Below are positions 11,501 to 18,794 of a stretch of DNA of 64,000 nucleotides, one piece after another. The stretch's first letter is position 1; each line of letters starts with the position of its first letter. The notes under the pieces are model-generated. The model was not told the origin of the DNA. It was given only the letters and a program-made list of their open reading frames with translations, and made no database searches. The translations under genes and the position numbers were made by a program. Source of the stretch: Candidatus Poribacteria bacterium (GTDB lineage Bacteria > Poribacteria > WGA-4E > PCPOR2b); the NCBI GenBank assembly GCA_965198175.1, contig OZ240245.1, positions 3,040,001 to 3,104,000 of the forward strand, in the 5' to 3' direction.

Positions 11501-13463
11501 TGGTTTCGATATCGCTCCGGATGAGCAGTGTCGTGGATTCCAGCGTCTCGTCACCGAGATGAACGGCGTAGACTCCTGGACCTTCAAACGGGATGTTAAT
11601 ATCACATTCGAAGCGTTTATACTTCTTATACTTTGGTACGCGGTATTCCCAGGTTGTGTCGGGTTTAATCAACGCCAGATCGAGATCTTCAACGTCTTTC
11701 AGGTCGTACATTTTGCGCCAGTAGGTTTCGAGGTTGAGCTCGTAGAGATTTATGGTGAGTGTTTCAATATTGCGAAGTGACACGTGCACTTGTGCGGGTT
11801 CATTCGTGCGGAATGTGCGCGGCGTAACAAGTTGAAGGTGTTTCTCTGTCATCTGACGAATGAGCCTATGTCCTTGTCTTGGCCACTTTCCCAGGGTTAA
11901 TCTTCGGTAGGCATCAAGCGCTTTTTCGAAATCTCCTAATTGGAGCTCGTAGGTCTGCCCGATTCGAAGGAGGGCGCTCGAGGATTCGTCCGTGTTCGGG
12001 AACTTTCTTGCAAGTTTTTCCCACTCAGCGATGGCAAGCCCATGCTCGCCTTTGTGGGAGTGAAGCTGCCCGTAGATGAACATTATCTTCCGGACACGTT
12101 CATCCAGCGGGTATTTCGCTTGGAACGCATCAAACGCCTTCACCGCTTGGTCGTATTTTTCTTCAGCGAGATACGTCATCCCAATCCGGAAGTCGGCGTC
12201 GGCAATTCCTTGCTGGGCTTCTGTCCAATGTGAGCCGTTGGGAAACTCACGAATGTACAGCGTCCACGCTTCGATTGCCTTGGTATATTTTCGCTGGTCG
12301 GCCAGAATACTCCCAATCCGAAATACGGCGGACATACGGAGGTGATGATAGTCTTGGTTCTTGAGATTTGGAATATACCGCTTCTCTTGCGTTACTTTAA
12401 AGCCTTTTTTTTCGAGAACGTCTTGGTACGCAGCGAGCGCCTCTTCACTTCGACCCCGCGTCCGATATGCTTCGGCGATTTCGTACGCTAGCGTCATTGA
12501 GCGCGAGTCTCGAAGAAACTGCGCCTGAAAACGTCTGGCAGCTTGAATACCAAGCTCCAACTCCTCGTCTGATTTAGGAGTCGGGAAGTGGTAGGTCCGC
12601 GTCAGTAGGAAGTGCGCGTCTTTGATGAGAGGCAGCAATCCATTCATTTCAACATCTACCAACTTTAACAGGTCCTCAAGCGTTAATCGTGCGAGCAGGC
12701 GCCGGTTCATAGCAATTTGGCATTCTGCGAGGTAGTATCGCGCCTGATAGCGGAGACTGCCCTGTGATTTGCTTTTTCTGGGAGGGTGTTCGGTGTCAAC
12801 GCGTTGCTGAAAATCGGGGTCGAACTGTGTAAGGTAAATTTCGTAGTCAGCAAGTGCTTGTTCGTAATTCTCGTGCAGTTGCATCATGCGACCAAGTTGG
12901 AACGCAGCTGCCTCGCGCAGGTCGCTATCAACCTCTAGTGTCAAGACTTTTTGATAGAACTCATACGCTTTTTGATAGTTCGGCGGGGGTGCGTCGAGGT
13001 CGGTATCCTTGGGTATTCGTGCGAGGGCTTCGGCAAGGTCGACATAGATTTGAGCGATTTCTGATTTACGTCTCGATGAGAGCAACCGACTGACCTCTTT
13101 ACTGTAGATTGCTTCAGCTTGCTTAAATTCCCCGAGTTTGAGATGGCATTGGGCTTGTAGGAACGCCGCTTTATTCAACCACGTGGAATCTGGATGCGCC
13201 TGCGTAAGTTGGTCGCACGCCGCAATTGCGTTCGTGTAATATTCGTTATAAAAAAGCGCAAGTCCCTTGAGATAGAGCAGGTAGTCGCGTTGATTCGCCG
13301 CCGTCGTCAATGCGGAATCGATTAGCAGCACCGCATCATTGAACTGCCTTGACTGAAGCGCGAATTGGATGGGATCGAGCGCGGCAGCTTTTGTGTCATT
13401 TTGCGAGGCGCTATCGTGTGCAAATACGAGCGCGGCGAGCACAATCAGGACGAACTTTTTCAC
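5553..13463 (-). CDS. Large exported TPR-containing bacterial alpha-2-macroglobulin family protein (2636 aa)
   Basis: Signal peptide; N-terminal TPR/BamD-like repeats; MG2 motif YIYTDRPAYGPGE; A2M motifs LALVDEALF and QNEDGGWS; C-terminal TPRs. Confidence 0.9.
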   Translation of the reverse strand: MKKFVLIVLAALVFAHDSASQNDTKAAALDPIQFALQSRQFNDAVLLIDSALTTAANQRDYLLYLKGLALFYNEYYTNAIAACDQLTQAHPDSTWLNKAAFLQAQCHLKLGEFKQAEAIYSKEVSRLLSSRRKSEIAQIYVDLAEALARIPKDTDLDAPPPNYQKAYEFYQKVLTLEVDSDLREAAAFQLGRMMQLHENYEQALADYEIYLTQFDPDFQQRVDTEHPPRKSKSQGSLRYQARYYLAECQIAMNRRLLARLTLEDLLKLVDVEMNGLLPLIKDAHFLLTRTYHFPTPKSDEELELGIQAARRFQAQFLRDSRSMTLAYEIAEAYRTRGRSEEALAAYQDVLEKKGFKVTQEKRYIPNLKNQDYHHLRMSAVFRIGSILADQRKYTKAIEAWTLYIREFPNGSHWTEAQQGIADADFRIGMTYLAEEKYDQAVKAFDAFQAKYPLDERVRKIMFIYGQLHSHKGEHGLAIAEWEKLARKFPNTDESSSALLRIGQTYELQLGDFEKALDAYRRLTLGKWPRQGHRLIRQMTEKHLQLVTPRTFRTNEPAQVHVSLRNIETLTINLYELNLETYWRKMYDLKDVEDLDLALIKPDTTWEYRVPKYKKYKRFECDINIPFEGPGVYAVHLGDETLESTTLLIRSDIETITKTSRREALIFVQDVVKAEVVTDAKVLVSNGSSVIFEGVTGKDGVLHSTEAAISNYSLQENQLKETSWVAAFVSKEGHAAADGLILSGIGFNKGLTPRGYIYTDRPAYGPGESVSIRAIIRDVSEGAYVVPDDAHYNVSVIDARGRLIYQEEVKLSQFGGFDTEMELDESAHVGEYRIRVVKYDPDRKQEIESYIFTGAFQVQRFQLEKVQLLLDFPRRVYFRGEQVEAAFTAQYYYGQPVKNAQIQYKLPDGRSYTATADNQGKLKVDFDTKSMQPGKLLHFSGTVPGENASVRAAVTLAHLGFSISVKPDANLILSGEPFNVTFRTDGADGQPVEKKLSLRVVQQKPNDSVSPVLSGLPWSISRGLSRSTEVIIQEHSLQTDAQTGTGTIQLTLDKGGEYYMRAHGVDRFGQPVVGSSRVTISDEADGIKLRIFTERTKTKVGASETVRIHSRLKPVHTLITFEGETIIDYDVVMLKPGMNTMQVAVGHEHFPDFYLAVAAIDNRQLRKNKKHFTVQRQLNLDVSWKRNNPESENNDPLPSYLPGEVAELQVRATDQLGVPVKAEFSLALVDEALFAVYKDTVMHINDFFQKGLRRESAMRTMSSCVFLYRPITRPVVQEILVEKRRLTVAADMSSAREALVEEAAAAADDDDDIAQSERVEKHVRPSVGQPVMRRLRTSAMRSLDKPQVREESDYAGHWIGSVITDDSGLATVTIPMPEKTAKWRLTGRGSTVDTLVGQVTVNAITQQEFFIDVQTPSSVTEGDALRVGVRLHNLSDYEGDAEVKLSLSVDESQPAYGDHKQITISAHDTSEIIFDGFTIPAGKLHASSNQSQLTVEVTATAGSLRDGIRRKITIRPWGLEFMDAQSGTATGDATVYVELPSDQRYTRKGLTISIGPTVSRIIYDLALNDLPRPFQSGSITRPVIIPSDSGSDLLAVAYALRYQQAVGDNPIDNRRLLTRARTLVNRLVTAQNEDGGWSLIRGVAESYPSVTARNLWALATARDGGAAVDDQVFANAENYLKEALVQINQSDNDTRAVILHAISTIGTVDFDDANRLYRRRNQLSDTALVHAALVFVNLNRLVIAGELLDILERRSLLPEQQGNAKNSSSIAARGPVETVALALLGMQAARPNSTWVKDAVEYLIGQRRYYGYSPYAAKGAVVAALATYFQTTQYAADDYRLSLLVNGEPLETTAVQADSANRLIHVPTVQILDGRNRVEMRINGRGTYTYLVTINGFAPVIPSWVSTDSKTDESLKNVEITRRYIHPPLQYQGKPIAAQSTTEITRLEAGAKVQVAVDIVHEQSAGTPDIGEYDRYLVVDEFFPAGTIVVDGSVVGEFQRYELGDGVIRFYTRRGAPLTGYSYQLVSYAPGEFRVLPTVIRDPEHPGDMRLGPVASLSVLAPGEKSSTSYEMNSAEYYALGKAYFDDGQYDEARPMLEALPTDSPHYNAKETAQMLLWIYTTEDDYGAKNVVDAFERTRDRYPELYIPFDKIQMVSSAYRDIGEFERAMSVHRSTIESSFANDVGVSATIQDEGEFLRSLYHIEGLWREYPDTATTIPAYFAIAQSLYASVDREVKRVNDAKSETISKSENLNRTVRMLSEFLTLYPTNPLADDAAFSLANALLDVEDFRSVVQLCQMIQANHSDSNLLSSFQYVEALGLFALNDYDNAVAAAARVASGESEDRDFARYIIGQIYHAQDKPQKAIEWYSKVRKIYPDADESIAHFEAQQIAFPQVTVKRPEPNADVVLDFKLRNISSAVIEVYRINLMNLFLREKDLGRIANVHLAGIEPDFSQTVEFGDEDGFREVSGGFPLPITDEGAYLVTCRGGNLFTSGLVLITPLKIEVQEGEESGRVRVIVRDTVSGNYQSKVHVKVASSENEHLISGETDLRGIFIADGLHGKTTVIARDGMNRYAFHRSDVWLGPQSSESETTPSPRAATDYRQHLNHKNQEIQSSNLDTFDRLRRDSRTGVQLQRTF
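9531..9560. repeat. In-frame trinucleotide tracts (ATC)5(AGC)5 encoding AAAAADDDDD
   Basis: atcatcatcatcatcagcagcagcagcagc inside the A2M gene. Confidence 0.85.
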
Positions 13464-13555
13464 GGGTTTCCTCTTTCACGACTGCCGTTTGCGTGCTAAT
13501 CGCTGCAAAAGCAACACTGCATCTTGAGGTGAGCGACGTCAAATGAAAATGGGCG

Positions 13556-13617
13556 AGAAACCGAGTTTTTGTGCGAAGAAGCAATCGCACCTGTACGCAT
13601 TGGAAAACTCGGTTTCT
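13556..13617. repeat. REP-like inverted repeat AGAAACCGAGTTTT...AAAACTCGGTTTCT
   Basis: Perfect 14-bp inverted repeat in an intergenic region; the same motif recurs at 21618-21650. Confidence 0.8.
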
Positions 13618-13744
13618 TCCCACGTGTTGATGGTAGGGTTAGCAGACTCTTTGCAAAATTAAAAAGAAATCGCCACCAGTAGACTAACAAGACACCCGAC
13701 ATCTTCGAAATGGTAGTTTGGTAAAGAACTGGGTGAGTTGGCAA

Positions 13745-13862
13745 AATCAGGATTCCGGATAACCTCCTGCTGAATTGAAGGTAGAGGGCGAGGCAGGTTC
13801 ATGAATTCCAAAGTGAATTCTATGCGATTGTAATCGACTCTGAACGTCCCAGAATCCTGATT
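13745..13862. repeat. Short element bounded by an 11-bp inverted repeat (AATCAGGATTC / GAATCCTGATT)
   Basis: Perfect 11-bp IR; a related GAATCAGGATT copy lies at 16825-16835. Confidence 0.5.
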
Positions 13863-13877
13863 CAGACAAGTCGATTG

Positions 13878-16763
13878 TTAGAACGTCTGCGTTAAGCGCA
13901 GCATTGACAGGCGACCGATGTACGGGGCTCCGACAAATTGCTGGTGCATCTTGTTCAGGAGATTCTGTACGGTCAGCGATAGTCGCGGTTTGGGACCAAA
14001 AGGTAAATCGTAGCCTGCGCTCACATCAAACGTATAATATGATTCGACATCGCCGATATAAACTCCCGAGTTCATGGGGAATCCAGCCACATAGCGCATC
14101 GAGACGCCTCCGCCGAGACCTAAATCGGTGTTGAAGTATTGGACGTTTGCACCGAACTTATTTTTGGGCGCGTTTAGGGCGATTTTCCGAATTTCGGTCT
14201 CGAACAAGTCCTTGCTGACGAACGAATAATTTCCGGTCACACTCAGAGTGTGATTGAGATAGTACGTCAGGCTAAGATCTGCTCCGTTGAGAGAGATGTC
14301 CCCGTAGTTACGATAGGTTAGCATGACTGCGTTCGGATCGCCCGCCTGCTCGGCAGTTACCGTGCCAAAGGGGATGAACGCGGCACCGTTGTTTTCAGTG
14401 CCAGCGACGAACAGCTTTGTCAATTCATCAACGGCGGAACCGTCCCCATTGCCGCCTTGAGCGGGAGAATCAAAGGCAAGTAGCGCCTGGTTGAGCAATG
14501 CGTTTTTCGGATCGCTCAACGCCTCGGTGAGTTGTTGGGCGATTGCAGCACCTAAGGTGTTTGCGTCTAAGAAGACGTTAGGGGTTTCAACCACCAAGGG
14601 ACCGATGAAATCGTTGATTCTTGTGTGATAGACATCGGCGGAAAACGCCAGCTTGTTCATGATAATCCCTTTGTAACCCACTTCATACGTTTGTGTAATC
14701 GTGGGTGTAATCGGGTCAACGTCGTTCACGTCTTCAATAGCCTCAAATTCGGCTGTCTCCGGATTAAGGGAACGCAGGACGTTTTTTACGCCTGCTACCT
14801 GTTCCGGTATGACGCTGGCAAACCCGTTAGAGAGGTCCGCTACGAGAGTCGCTGCGAGTCCTTCTACCACTGGAGCTGGTAGAGATCCGAGTATTTGAGG
14901 AATTAGCTGTTGTAGGATTTCGGGCGGCAGTGCGGAAATTGCGCCCGGCTGTTGAAATGCTGGCGGTAGAAGCTGAGTCACTTCTGCCGGCAGCTTTGAC
15001 ACAATACCCTCAATCTGCGCAGGAGACTGGCTTTGCAGCAGTTGCGGCAGTGCTTCAGGGGTGAACGCTTGCTTCAAACCGGCTTCAAACTGCGGTTGTG
15101 CTATGTTCAGGATCGCAGACTTGCCGATTCCCCACATGACGTTGGTAAAAACGGGATCATCAAGTGGAATGTAGGCGTCCGCCGCTGAGAACGGTGAACG
15201 GAATTCCGGTCTTCCATCTCCACTCCTTTTGAAGGTAAATCCAGTTTCGCTGCTGACACCCTGTGCACGAATATCGATAGCCGGGCTGAAGCCTAATGCG
15301 GGTTGGAACGCGGCACCTATGCCAAATGCGTCGGGAATTGACACGACATCGAGGAACAGGTTCGTGGTCGACGGCGTGCTGAAGGCGCGGTTGTAGGTCA
15401 GTCGGAAATTATGGTCATCGTATGGCTGGAAGGCAAGGGCGGCACGCGGCGAAAGCACGAGGTCGTTAAGGTGGTTGTGGTCATCAACCCGTGCGGCGGC
15501 GATGAACTTTAGCTCGGGCAGAATCTTGGTTTCTGACTGCAAGTAGGCACCGACCTCGTTGATATTGTCATTGTCCTCATTGCGGCCGTTGATTGAGCCT
15601 TCGGTATCGGGGCGGGTCAGCAATAAATCTAAGCCGTAGGTAAACCGTTGATTCTCACCAAGGCTGTAACCGTGTTGGATCTGCCCAACATACAGGTCGG
15701 AGTTGTCGATGATTGGATTGCCGGACCGCAACAAATAGGTATCGCCAGCATCGCTGCGGTTCCAAAAGGCTTGTGCGAAGAGGTCTTTGTAGATGAGGCG
15801 ACCTTGGACGTAGCCGTAAGTCCAGTTTTTAGCCTGACCGGCGCCGATGCCTGTCAATTCGAGACCCGTCGTTTGCGTGAAACCACTGGCAAGAATCGTC
15901 GTCAAATCGCTGTTTGGGCGATAATCAACGCGAAAGTCGCCACCAGCTCTATAGATATCAAATTCCGGTTCCTTTTCACCGTGTAAATCAGCTTCCGCAC
16001 GCCCTTCTTCCCAATCATTTCCGCGGAAACCGCTGGCTGAAAACTTATAGCCGATGGTCTCATTGATAACGCCGGCATGTCGAAGCGATCCCAAGAGTAC
16101 ACTCCGTTCGCCGCCGCCAATGCTGACGGTCGTTCCTTCGGAAGTGAACGGAGACCGCGTGAGAATATGCATGACCCCGTTCGCGCTGTTAGGACCGTAG
16201 AGCGCCGCACCGGGACCTGAGACAACTTCAATCTGTTCAATATCCTCGTTTGAGGTCGGGATCAGGGTATATGCGTTCACACGTAAAGACGGAACGCGGG
16301 CAATGCGATTGTCCACAAGTGATAGCAGAGACCCCGAAAAGACGTTATTGAAGCCGCGGACAACAGCGTGCGACGCCCCCAATCCGGTCGTGGCAACATC
16401 TACTGCGCGCACCGATTTTAAGTGCTCGGAAACGGTTGAGGTGACACGGTCTCTAATTTGGGATGCACCCACAACGGCAACCGACGCCGGCGCTTCAAGT
16501 ACTTTTTCCCTGCGTCGGGAGGCTGTGACGGAAACTTGTTCGAGTTCAATGATTTTTGAAGATTGATCGGTTATGCCGGTCATGTCCTCGGTGTCGCCAC
16601 CGGTCTTGGATGTGTCAGCTTGGTCCGCTTCGTTGCGTTCATCGTCGGTTTGAGTATCTGTATCAGTCATGGTCTGGGTTGCCGCTTGTGCCGACACCAT
16701 TGGCGCAGCTACAGCCGCAAACAAGACTAATAGCACAAAACTTATTAGCTTGGATTGTTGCAT
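13878..16763 (-). CDS. TonB-dependent receptor
   Basis: Signal peptide; TonB-box-like LEQVSVTASR; plug motif IEVVSGPGAALYGPNSANGV; C-terminal VQNLLN...LTQTF; AAGGAG RBS. Confidence 0.95.
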   Translation of the reverse strand: MQQSKLISFVLLVLFAAVAAPMVSAQAATQTMTDTDTQTDDERNEADQADTSKTGGDTEDMTGITDQSSKIIELEQVSVTASRRREKVLEAPASVAVVGASQIRDRVTSTVSEHLKSVRAVDVATTGLGASHAVVRGFNNVFSGSLLSLVDNRIARVPSLRVNAYTLIPTSNEDIEQIEVVSGPGAALYGPNSANGVMHILTRSPFTSEGTTVSIGGGERSVLLGSLRHAGVINETIGYKFSASGFRGNDWEEGRAEADLHGEKEPEFDIYRAGGDFRVDYRPNSDLTTILASGFTQTTGLELTGIGAGQAKNWTYGYVQGRLIYKDLFAQAFWNRSDAGDTYLLRSGNPIIDNSDLYVGQIQHGYSLGENQRFTYGLDLLLTRPDTEGSINGRNEDNDNINEVGAYLQSETKILPELKFIAAARVDDHNHLNDLVLSPRAALAFQPYDDHNFRLTYNRAFSTPSTTNLFLDVVSIPDAFGIGAAFQPALGFSPAIDIRAQGVSSETGFTFKRSGDGRPEFRSPFSAADAYIPLDDPVFTNVMWGIGKSAILNIAQPQFEAGLKQAFTPEALPQLLQSQSPAQIEGIVSKLPAEVTQLLPPAFQQPGAISALPPEILQQLIPQILGSLPAPVVEGLAATLVADLSNGFASVIPEQVAGVKNVLRSLNPETAEFEAIEDVNDVDPITPTITQTYEVGYKGIIMNKLAFSADVYHTRINDFIGPLVVETPNVFLDANTLGAAIAQQLTEALSDPKNALLNQALLAFDSPAQGGNGDGSAVDELTKLFVAGTENNGAAFIPFGTVTAEQAGDPNAVMLTYRNYGDISLNGADLSLTYYLNHTLSVTGNYSFVSKDLFETEIRKIALNAPKNKFGANVQYFNTDLGLGGGVSMRYVAGFPMNSGVYIGDVESYYTFDVSAGYDLPFGPKPRLSLTVQNLLNKMHQQFVGAPYIGRLSMLRLTQTF

Positions 16764-16927
16764 TATGCAATCTCCTTTGTACTAAGAAAGGTTGTTGATG
16801 GCTGCCTTAGAAAGCGGCAACTCAGAATCAGGATTTTCGAAAGATTTTTTCAATTGGAAAATCGCTTTGCCTAAAATCAGCAGCACAAATCGAGTTTCGG
16901 GGTTCGATTCCGTTGGAATCAACGGGT

Positions 16928-16957
16928 ATTATATAATAAATCCATGAGACAGGTCAA
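16928..16957 (-). promoter_or_regulatory. Sigma70-type promoter for the TonB-dependent receptor
   Basis: TTGACC-18 nt-TATAAT on the minus strand. Confidence 0.55.
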
Positions 16958-17140
16958 GCAGGAATCTATTAAATGTTTTGGAGGGATTTCGCTAACTCTA
17001 AGTCCTGAAACTAGCCACAGAACTAGAGATTCAGATTGGGCAATTCCGTGATGAGTCTAGTCAATGACACTTTGCAAACATGCCCCTGTTTCGACTAATC
17101 GTCGGTTTAAATGTGGTTGTTCGGGGGCTTAGCGAAGGGT

Positions 17141-18013
17141 TCATGCAATGTTCAGTACCTCGGCTGCAACCAGCGGTTCTAATCGCCAATCGCTCAGGAT
17201 GTGCTCTGCGATGACCGTCGTCATAACTGCGCCGGTGCGTTTTGCAGCGAGATGCCAGTCTTCTTGATGACGTGCGAACGCGGCGCGATACCGCTTTTCA
17301 GCAACCGCGTCTAGGAAAATTTCCTGCACCTCGTCCGTCTCTGAATCGACGAGTCGAATGTTGCCGCGTTCGATCGGATTAACGTCCACCTCAGCCAAGA
17401 CTTGGACGAGAATGACGGTTGTGGCGCGTTCAGCTAATCGAGACAGTGCCGTCAACGGATCACTGGGCCAGAGTAGGTCACTGAGCAACACGCGCAGCCC
17501 ATAGGGGCGCCATGATGGGGGCAGCTTGAAGAATGACGTGGAGGGGTCGCCCTGATATTCAAAGTCAATCCCTTCCCAAATTGCGGGTCGGTCTGCGCCG
17601 TTACCCACCTTTCGATATCCATCACCCGCGACCCAGGCGGAGTGGGAATAACCGACATTGGATGCCGCCGTTGCAAAAACCCCTGCTAACCCGAGCGTTG
17701 CTTGTGCTTTGGGGCTATTTTCAAGCGCCATGGAGCGCGACCCATCAATGACGAGGTCTAGGTGCGGGCTGACTTCGTCCCGGTACAACTTGACGGTCAA
17801 TTTATCGCTCCGGGCGAAGCCGCTCCAATCGATTCGCCGCAGGTCGTCGCCCGGCTGGTATTCGCGGTGGTCTATAAATTCCAGCGAACTTCCCGGACGC
17901 TTCCCCATCCGATTCCCCGCGAGCCCGAAGGGAACGTTGCGCGGCGCGGTCAAAGCGTACTGCGCGCCCGCGCGTTCTCCGTCTATTAGATATTGGCGGT
18001 GGTTTGAGTTCAT
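17141..18013 (-). CDS. DUF58 family protein (MoxR-associated, VWA-like)
   Basis: GSSLEFIDHREYQPGDDLRRIDW motif and DGSRSM MIDAS-like motif. Confidence 0.93.
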   Translation of the reverse strand: MNSNHRQYLIDGERAGAQYALTAPRNVPFGLAGNRMGKRPGSSLEFIDHREYQPGDDLRRIDWSGFARSDKLTVKLYRDEVSPHLDLVIDGSRSMALENSPKAQATLGLAGVFATAASNVGYSHSAWVAGDGYRKVGNGADRPAIWEGIDFEYQGDPSTSFFKLPPSWRPYGLRVLLSDLLWPSDPLTALSRLAERATTVILVQVLAEVDVNPIERGNIRLVDSETDEVQEIFLDAVAEKRYRAAFARHQEDWHLAAKRTGAVMTTVIAEHILSDWRLEPLVAAEVLNIA

Positions 18014-18046
18014 ATCGTACTTTGTGGAAATAAGTGAGGAGTTTGG

Positions 18047-18724
18047 TTAGAACGATGCGGACATCGCGATGCCAAATCTTTGAGATTGTTCAATACTGAT
18101 GTACATGAGACTGAGGCTGTGCCCTCTATAATAGTAGTTTAACATCAAGTGGGGCAGATCTCCATCGTACATGCCGCGAACGGCAAAGCCTCTGCCGAGG
18201 TCGAGGCTGGCACCGAACGGGAAATTGAACCCGTCCTCCCACTCGGAGTAGTTTATGGTTGCGTATGCTGAGACTGGTACTTTCGGTAGACGCTTAGCAA
18301 TAGTTAAGAAGTAAGCCTGCTCCTTTGGGGGGGAACCGACTCGGTCTGAGCTTGTTCCGATAAACACCGCGGGCCGAACGTCTGTTTCAGTGAATACGAT
18401 ATAGTTGGCGAGTGGCGCGAACTCACGTGCCGCGGGATTGAATTCGACGCCGAGCAGGAGTTTATTTATCACTGCGTAATTCAGTGTCATTCGCCAACGT
18501 GGCCGGTCCAACTTAGTATCAATATATCGCCACGAAACTGCCCACTTTTTCTGAATTCCGCTTCCCCGAAGCGGTGCGCCTTCGCCCGGTCAGGCGCTTC
18601 AGGTAGGCGTTATGGAAGTCGGTCGGTTCGGTTGTTGTGGTGGGGATAATGGTTCGTCCTTATCCGCCCATCCATTGACAGCTACTGCTAAAAGCAGAAA
18701 GAAAAGTGAATATCGAAAGAACAT
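18047..18724 (-). CDS. Candidate exported selenoprotein, 225 aa, UxxU motif (U42-S-A-U45) before a beta-barrel-like domain
   Basis: GGAGG RBS and ATG at 18724 in frame with ORF 18047-18511; signal peptide MFFRYSLFFLLLAVAVNGWA; the only interruptions are TGA at 18599-18601 and 18590-18592; hairpin follows; alternating beta-strand pattern ending in Phe. Confidence 0.75.
18558..18574 (-). promoter_or_regulatory. Putative bacterial SECIS element
   Basis: mRNA hairpin CCGCUUC-GGG-GAAGCGG; its loop begins 22 nt after the second UGA and 31 nt after the first. Confidence 0.65.
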
Positions 18725-18749
18725 AAGAATTCCTCCATTGCCAGTGTTA

Positions 18750-18779
18750 ATTCTAGCGCATCCGCGTCAGATAAATCAA
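18750..18779 (-). promoter_or_regulatory. Sigma70-like promoter upstream of the candidate selenoprotein gene
   Basis: TTGATT-18 nt-TAGAAT on the minus strand, about 25 nt before ATG 18724. Confidence 0.5.
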
Positions 18780-18794
18780 GGAATTTGTTGGTAT

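Noticed and set aside
18590..18601. Alternative genetic code (UGA = Trp/Gly) as the explanation for the two in-frame TGAs
   Set aside because: TGA terminates ordinary genes in this window (e.g. 206-724, 28469-29398) and no other intact gene needs TGA read-through
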